From positions 103 through 64,102 of the forward strand of contig JAJDCL010000009.1 of NCBI GenBank assembly GCA_029260875.1: a stretch of DNA of 64,000 nt. Reading direction: 5' to 3'. The position numbers and the translations under genes were made by a program. The notes below the pieces were generated by a model, which saw only the letters and a program-made list of their open reading frames with translations, was not told where the DNA came from and ran no database searches. Positions 58,473 to 64,000 of this stretch are shown here, piece by piece (position 1 is the stretch's first letter; every line of letters starts with the position of its first letter). Source of the stretch: Candidatus Saccharimonadota bacterium (GTDB lineage: Bacteria > Patescibacteriota > Saccharimonadia > Saccharimonadales > OFTM59).

Positions 58473-59186
58473 CTAAATATCGTTAAGTTTGGCATGTATA
58501 CTGGGCTGCATCTGTCGCATCTGTTTGCGCACATCGGGCAGGTTTGGAACATATATGGATAACTTATCCCAAAATAATTTGCCGTGCGCAAGTATTTGCG
58601 TGTGCACTAACTCATGCATAATGACGTAGTCAATTAACTCCCATGGCAGTTGCATTAAGTAGCAATTTAGCACAATTTCATTGTTCTGTGAGCAGCTCCC
58701 CCAGCGACCGCGCAGTTCTTTTATTGTCACCGAACGGTATGTAAAACCATGCTTGCCTGCCAGCAGAGCAAGCCGGGATGGTAATATAGCCTTTGCTTCA
58801 AGCTTGAGGGCCCTCACGGCTGCCTTCCGCGCGACGCCTTGTATGATTGGACTTTCAAGCAGTGCCCCGACGGGCATTACTATGCTTATATTATTATTAG
58901 CTACTCTCGAACTGGCGCTTACCACTGGTTTGTGCTCAAACAAAAATTGGTGTGCTTTACCAACGCGAGATTTGTTTTTTATAAGTGGGGCTGAACTGAT
59001 ATGTGCTAGAAGCCAGTTCTTTTTTTGCTCAACAAAAATCTTCCCCAATTTGTATGGAGCCCAAAATGGCAATGAAACGCGAACTTTCCCATCATGAGTC
59101 ACGCTGAGCCTGATATTCCTTGTAGCTCGATGCTTATAAAGCGTTACAGTTCCGACGCCTTCTATCGTGTATTTTTGTGAGGGCAT
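58473..59186 (-). CDS. YgjP/DUF45 (M48-like) metallohydrolase
   Basis: RWGSCS, YVIMHELVH, HGKLFW. Confidence 0.9.
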   Translation of the reverse strand: MPSQKYTIEGVGTVTLYKHRATRNIRLSVTHDGKVRVSLPFWAPYKLGKIFVEQKKNWLLAHISSAPLIKNKSRVGKAHQFLFEHKPVVSASSRVANNNISIVMPVGALLESPIIQGVARKAAVRALKLEAKAILPSRLALLAGKHGFTYRSVTIKELRGRWGSCSQNNEIVLNCYLMQLPWELIDYVIMHELVHTQILAHGKLFWDKLSIYVPNLPDVRKQMRQMQPSIHAKLNDI

Positions 59187-59845
59187 TATCTTATGGTTAT
59201 ATTGCGACGGCTTTGGTCAACTCTCCCGGCAGCAGGATTGGGCACCAAGTTTACGAGACCCGGCTTTACAAGGTCGCTCTGAGCCTTAGATGAGCCAATA
59301 AGACTTAAATCGTGAAGCCTTTTCATAACAGCACTTTTTTGGCTGTTGTATGTGTGTTTGCCACTTAAAACAACATATTCTTCATTGTCAGGGTTTTGCA
59401 TATAGGCCATCTGTTGCTCAAACGTTGTACGGTCATAACGTTCTGCGTAGCGGTCGTCAGCCTTACGCCTGTCTCTGTGGTTCAGCCTTGTATAGGCGTG
59501 CTCCGGATCGATCTGTAGCCACAATAGAACTGGGTTGGCGCGGGCTTTCCTGGCTAAATCGCGCAGCGCACGGCGCTGGCTTAGCCGCCCTGCATTAACA
59601 TCAAAAACCACTGAGATGCCCAATTGCAAGAATTCTTCGGCCATATAGTGCATGAGGTGTAGTACTACTTCATTTTCTTGCTTATCGTAACGGGGCGTTT
59701 CAAATAATTCGTAGCGTATTTTATCGCTTTGGATGTGTGCAGCTTGTATCGTCTCGCATAGCTGGCGTGAAAAATGAGTTTTCCCCGAGCCAGGAAAGCC
59801 ATATAGCAAAAATAACGTAGGTTTATCGAGTACTATCTTTGACAT
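59186..59845 (-). CDS. P-loop kinase (AAA_33-like)
   Basis: LYGFPGSGKT, SVVFD. Confidence 0.85.
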   Translation of the reverse strand: MSKIVLDKPTLFLLYGFPGSGKTHFSRQLCETIQAAHIQSDKIRYELFETPRYDKQENEVVLHLMHYMAEEFLQLGISVVFDVNAGRLSQRRALRDLARKARANPVLLWLQIDPEHAYTRLNHRDRRKADDRYAERYDRTTFEQQMAYMQNPDNEEYVVLSGKHTYNSQKSAVMKRLHDLSLIGSSKAQSDLVKPGLVNLVPNPAAGRVDQSRRNITIR

Positions 59846-59966
59846 CGCCGGTCAATTGTATAACAGATTTGGCTATAGCTCAAAACCACCTAGTGCTGTA
59901 CCTATAGTTTTTAAGCCAACATCTATGAATTAAGGAATATTTCGTTTATCATTCATAGGTATGAAT

Positions 59967-60041
59967 AGGGGCATAGTACAACGGCTAGTATAAGGGTCTC
60001 CAAAACCCTAGATCGTGGTTCGATTCCACGTGCCCCTGCCA
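59967..60041 (+). tRNA. tRNA-Trp(CCA)
   Basis: AGGGT-CTCCAAA-ACCCT anticodon arm, GGTTCGATTCC, CCA end. Confidence 0.97.
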
Positions 60042-60100
60042 TTTTGCTTATGCTTAAAAGACTTCCCTTTTGGAGATCTTGTTTTGTTATTATCTAACTA

Positions 60101-60682
60101 ATGAAAGAATTTCTAGCAATATCCGCGCTTGTAGTTTCTGTCGCAGCAAATATTCCATACATTGTCGACATCGTTAAAGGCAGAGCCAAACCCGAACGCA
60201 TATCTTGGCTACTTTGGACTCTTCTAGGTTTAACATATTACTTTTCAGCTGTATTCGCTGACGGTGCAAAGCTATTTACCCTCGGTGAGCTAATAGGCCC
60301 TGGAATAATCTTCATCTTAACGCTGAAGTTTGGAGTGGGAGGCAGGAGCAAGTTTGACCTTATTTCATTGTCAGTTGCACTTGTAGCGTTTTCAATGCTT
60401 TTTGTGTTTGATGGGGTATTGATAGGTTTAATACTGGCATTAATTGTCGATGGTATCGGAGCGATGCTAACCATGCGAAAGCTACTAATTGACCCTACAT
60501 CTGAATCTAGAAGCTTCTGGGCATTAGGTGCTATTGCATCCGTACTTGCTCTCGCTTCACTCAACTACTATAACCTTGAGACTATGCTCTTCCCGATTTA
60601 CGTTCTGATATTCTCTTTACTTGTTATTGTTAAAACCGACCCAGCATCAACGAAACATCCAATAACTCTCCAGGATCTTTAA
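60101..60682 (+). CDS. Polytopic membrane protein (PQ-loop-like repeat)
   Basis: IPYIVDIVKG.AKP...SW repeated as LTMRKL..DPTSE...W. Confidence 0.7.
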   Translation: MKEFLAISALVVSVAANIPYIVDIVKGRAKPERISWLLWTLLGLTYYFSAVFADGAKLFTLGELIGPGIIFILTLKFGVGGRSKFDLISLSVALVAFSMLFVFDGVLIGLILALIVDGIGAMLTMRKLLIDPTSESRSFWALGAIASVLALASLNYYNLETMLFPIYVLIFSLLVIVKTDPASTKHPITLQDL

Positions 60683-60722
60683 GTTTAAAGTTGCGAAGTG
60701 CGACCGCTAGAAACTGCCAAAG

Positions 60723-60753
60723 AAAAAGGCTCTGTCGCAAGATAGGGCCTTTT
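60723..60753. terminator. Hairpin terminator
   Basis: AAAAGGCTCTGTC-GCAA-GATAGGGCCTTTT. Confidence 0.65.
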
Positions 60754-60888
60754 ACTTTGTTGGCGTCCACAGAAACGAACCACAAAGAGTAAACAAGGCG
60801 AACGGGTGATTCGCGTAGCAACTAAAGGAAGTAAGAATTTATTCCGAGTACTGACAGGAACGGAAATAGTACGCTAAGAGCAAACGCT

Positions 60889-60906
60889 TTCCACGTGCCG
60901 CCGCCA
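60889..60906 (+). repeat. Degenerate copy of the tRNA-Trp 3' end (att-like)
   Basis: TTCCACGTGCCGCCGCCA versus TTCCACGTGCCCCTGCCA (60024-60041), 16/18 identical. Confidence 0.6.
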
Positions 60907-60962
60907 AGTGCTTATCGCATTATAATCTCCCGTAAGTGGGGTCATATTGTTATGATAGATAC

Positions 60963-61328
60963 ATGGAAAGTGTAGATCACAAAATATTTTCAATGAGTGT
61001 GGCGAGCGTCTACCCTCTCTATATCAAGAAGGCCGAAAGAAAAGGCCGAACAAAGACAGAGGTAGATGAAATCATCCGTTGGCTTACTGGACTCAGTCAA
61101 AATGAGCTGGAAACTGAGTTAAAAAACAAAACCGACTTCAAGACTTTTTTCTCTAAGTGCAAAATGAATTCAGATCGTTCATATATAACTGGCGTAGTCT
61201 GTGGCGTACGCGTCGAAGAGATTAGGCAGCCAACTATGCGTGAAATCCGATACCTTGACAAACTTGTTGACGAGTTGGCAAAGGGTAAGCCGATGGAAAA
61301 AATCCTTAGAAACCAAACGAAACACTAG
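60963..61328 (+). CDS. DUF2200 family protein
   Basis: [38 protein letters not shown]. Confidence 0.9.
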   Translation: MESVDHKIFSMSVASVYPLYIKKAERKGRTKTEVDEIIRWLTGLSQNELETELKNKTDFKTFFSKCKMNSDRSYITGVVCGVRVEEIRQPTMREIRYLDKLVDELAKGKPMEKILRNQTKH

Positions 61329-61511
61329 GTGCATATCAAGACAAAAAAATTTGCCGTACCTTTTTGCGGTGACGCTTGTCTTGATGAGCAAGATATTGGT
61401 CCAGGACTAGTTTAGAATATCTGTAGTATGCTTCTAGCAGACGCAAAACAAGTATCTCTATAGTTCACATATCTCTGAGGCTAAATTCAGACAAGTTGCG
61501 TGCTCTTTGTT

Positions 61512-61715
61512 TTACTTACGGCCCTTGACTTCATTGCGTCCTAGACTCTTCTTGGTTTCTACATACAAAGTATGACGACGTAGAAGAGGATTGTACTTTT
61601 TCAGCGAAAGCTTATCAGGCGTGTTCATAGTATTTTTCATAGTGTAATAATGTCTATGACCAGTCTCTTCACAGACCAGTCCGATAATCTTACGTTTGTC
61701 ACCTTTTTTTGCCAT
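61512..61715 (-). CDS. rpmG: 50S ribosomal protein bL33
   Basis: YYTMKN..NTPDKLSLKKYNP..RRHTLYVE. Confidence 0.93.
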   Translation of the reverse strand: MAKKGDKRKIIGLVCEETGHRHYYTMKNTMNTPDKLSLKKYNPLLRRHTLYVETKKSLGRNEVKGRK

Positions 61716-61759
61716 AATTTGCCCAGTTTAACAGATAAATATTATTTTGTAAACAGACA

Positions 61760-61834
<75 letters not shown>

Positions 61835-61897
61835 CCAATGACTAGGGCATTTTAACAGATTAGGGCTGGTTTGGGGAGTGAAACTTGTTATGGAATT

Positions 61898-64000
61898 TTA
61901 CTCTTCTAAATGGTACTCCAGTGGCCTTGATCTGCTGGGATGACGAAGTTGACTTAGCGACAAAGTCTCTATTTGCCGAATTCTTTCGCTGGTAAGAGTA
62001 AATTCTTTGCCAGTTTGTTCATAGGTTCGCGCAATGCCGTCTTCTAGGCCGAACCTTATTTTTATAATTTTTTGTTGTCGTTCGGAAAGTGTGCTCAAGG
62101 CAGCATCTAAATCCTCTGCCAATATTCTATTTTGCATTCTCCGCATGGCGGCTTCTTGCGCTTTATTGATGGTATCGGTCTCTACCTGTGAACGTATGTA
62201 CTCAATGTAATGCTGTAGGGGCTTTCTTCCAATCTCAGCACTTCTCGCAACATCATCGAAGTATGATTCATTTCGTGTGCCTATTCCCCCCATTACGACC
62301 TCTTTGATGTATTTGTGAACACCTTTCAATACCCATGTTTTGGGCATTGACTCCCTTTTAGCAATCATCTCCGCTGCACCACTTTTTGCTAAGCCGTGAA
62401 TATTTAGGGCGATGCTTCCCCGATGGTCGCGTTTGCCGAACTTCTCCAAAAAATTAGCGATGGCCGCTTGAACGACGTCTTCATTCTCGTGTGAGTCATC
62501 CACCATATAAGGCTCAATGGCAGTGAGAACGGTCTTCATGTTTAAGAACAGGAACACTTCCTTGCCTGTCGCTGCGAGTCTTGAATCCAGGCTAGCTACA
62601 GCTTGAATTGCAACATGCTGTGCCTCCAGACTTACTCGCGCTGGCAACTTTTCTGCAATTTTCTGATAAAGTTCAAGTGTTGAGGCACCCTGATGCTCTT
62701 TTTGTATACCAACCGCTATCGTTGATATGACATGCGCCATTTCTTCTATGGTTGAATTCTTGAAGCGTTCTCTCAAAAGCTCCTGACTCGTCGCTTCATG
62801 GATAATTGCCGCAATATTCATGCCGGAGAAGGTAACGACTGGCTTTTTTGCCTCGACTGGTGTCGTGGATGACACGGTCCGTTCTCGGCCCATTTGACTA
62901 CCTCTGAGAATAAACGAGGGATCAAACAGATTAGGTATTAGGATAGGAGCTTGCGTTGCTTTATCGAACATATCTACAAACTGTATGGCTATAGCTTCAT
63001 TTTTGCCTGTTTGAGGCGACAACCGTAATATTCTTCCCAGTTCTTGCTTTGCGACTATGCCGGATCTGGTAGGGCTTAAGAAGATGCCAACTTCCGTCGC
63101 TGGAGAATCCCACCCAAGCCGTAGCATTTCAACGGACAATACAACCTGTAGCTCTCCGATCTGATGCGTGGAAAGAATTCCCTCCCGTCCTTCCTTCTTA
63201 TGGTGGATCGTGTCTGCAGCTATACCATATTCATTTAATCTCTCTTTCAGACTTTCTATATGATCTATACTTATGCCGAATATAACAGTTCTTTTACCTT
63301 TGATCTTGTCATGAACCTCAGCGATCTCAGCTTTTTGCTCATCAGAAAACTTTATAAAAGCGGGCAGCTTGTCTGGCCCTGCAAGCATGGAAAGCGCTAG
63401 ATAGTCCCTGCCCTCCCTGGTTAAATAACGTTCGATTTCCCGAACATCGTAATTCCCGCCCCCTGTTACACGTACATTACCTACGCGAACAGAGGTTTCT
63501 ACAAGGTGCACATCCAATGGGGCTATTATATTTCTTTCTATCGCCTCTTCGAAACTCATATCATGAAACTCATTCGTAAACATGCGCGTCCATTGCTCCG
63601 ACGAGTCTACAATTCCTCTCTGCTGATATTCTTCTAATTGAGCAAAATACGGCGTAGCTGTCAAACCCACCATTAATGCGTTAGGAAAATTTCTAAAAAT
63701 TGTATGTCGTCTTTCTCCTAGAGCCGTGTGGGCTTCGTCGCAAATGATGAGTTCAAATTCAGCCGGATCAATACTTCCTGTTTTGATTAGGTTCTGAAGT
63801 GACTGGTAAGTGGTATTTATGACTTTTCCTTCTAGATTCTTGCTTTTGCTGAAGTAGTTCGTAACCAGTACCTCAGGTGTATATTTAGCAAATCTATCTG
63901 CAGTTTGTGTCAGGATCTCTTGTAAAGGCGACACCACGAGGGTCTTCATATCCAAGGCACTTGCAATTTCAGTAATCAGCACAGATTTACCGCCAGCTGT
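61898..64000 (-). CDS. SF2 (ResIII/DEAH) helicase fused to a C-terminal sigma-70 module; 5' end lies outside the window
   Basis: TAGGKS at the window edge, DEAH, GLTATP, LGWD.P, QELGRILR; C-terminal LSERQQKIIKIRFGLEDG..RTYEQTGKEF.LTSERIRQIE...LRHPSRS. Confidence 0.85.
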   Translation of the reverse strand, partial: TAGGKSVLITEIASALDMKTLVVSPLQEILTQTADRFAKYTPEVLVTNYFSKSKNLEGKVINTTYQSLQNLIKTGSIDPAEFELIICDEAHTALGERRHTIFRNFPNALMVGLTATPYFAQLEEYQQRGIVDSSEQWTRMFTNEFHDMSFEEAIERNIIAPLDVHLVETSVRVGNVRVTGGGNYDVREIERYLTREGRDYLALSMLAGPDKLPAFIKFSDEQKAEIAEVHDKIKGKRTVIFGISIDHIESLKERLNEYGIAADTIHHKKEGREGILSTHQIGELQVVLSVEMLRLGWDSPATEVGIFLSPTRSGIVAKQELGRILRLSPQTGKNEAIAIQFVDMFDKATQAPILIPNLFDPSFILRGSQMGRERTVSSTTPVEAKKPVVTFSGMNIAAIIHEATSQELLRERFKNSTIEEMAHVISTIAVGIQKEHQGASTLELYQKIAEKLPARVSLEAQHVAIQAVASLDSRLAATGKEVFLFLNMKTVLTAIEPYMVDDSHENEDVVQAAIANFLEKFGKRDHRGSIALNIHGLAKSGAAEMIAKRESMPKTWVLKGVHKYIKEVVMGGIGTRNESYFDDVARSAEIGRKPLQHYIEYIRSQVETDTINKAQEAAMRRMQNRILAEDLDAALSTLSERQQKIIKIRFGLEDGIARTYEQTGKEFTLTSERIRQIETLSLSQLRHPSRSRPLEYHLEE

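Noticed and set aside
61335..61385. Inverted repeat ATCAAGACAA/TTGTCTTGAT
   Set aside because: Short arms with a large loop between convergent genes; probably an ordinary terminator-like structure

Overview
Bacterial chromosomal segment that looks like a Patescibacteria (CPR) genome, most likely Candidatus Saccharibacteria; this is inferred from gene content and extensions such as the long Lys/Ala/Glu-rich N-terminus of uL1. The core content is a complete F0F1 ATP synthase operon, cysS, nrnA, recR-ybaB, dnaX-dnaB, rplJL, secE-nusG-rplKA, rpmG and three tRNAs (Gln-TTG, Trp-CCA, Thr-GGT). Accessory content includes a CDCA-like carbonic anhydrase next to an aquaporin, a UvrD/PD-(D/E)XK helicase-nuclease, a Crp plus split two-component signalling cluster, a transporter block (MscS, two MgtE-type membrane domains, CDF), a decayed island at tRNA-Gln (UvrD helicase, HEPN-motif protein, methyltransferase), envelope glycosyltransferases and a pyrimidine-nucleotide cluster. 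Reading outside the ORF track gave the strongest signals: (1) two paralogous ~50-aa microproteins and a frameshifted orphan gene, all behind Crp-type boxes at the class II (-41.5) spacing; (2) two divergent leader-peptide attenuators sharing one -35 region; (3) an SF2 helicase fused to a sigma-70 module; (4) a split sigma-70-like factor; (5) a 30-aa acidic microprotein inside the nucleotide cluster. All functional calls rest on motif recognition by eye; no searches were run.
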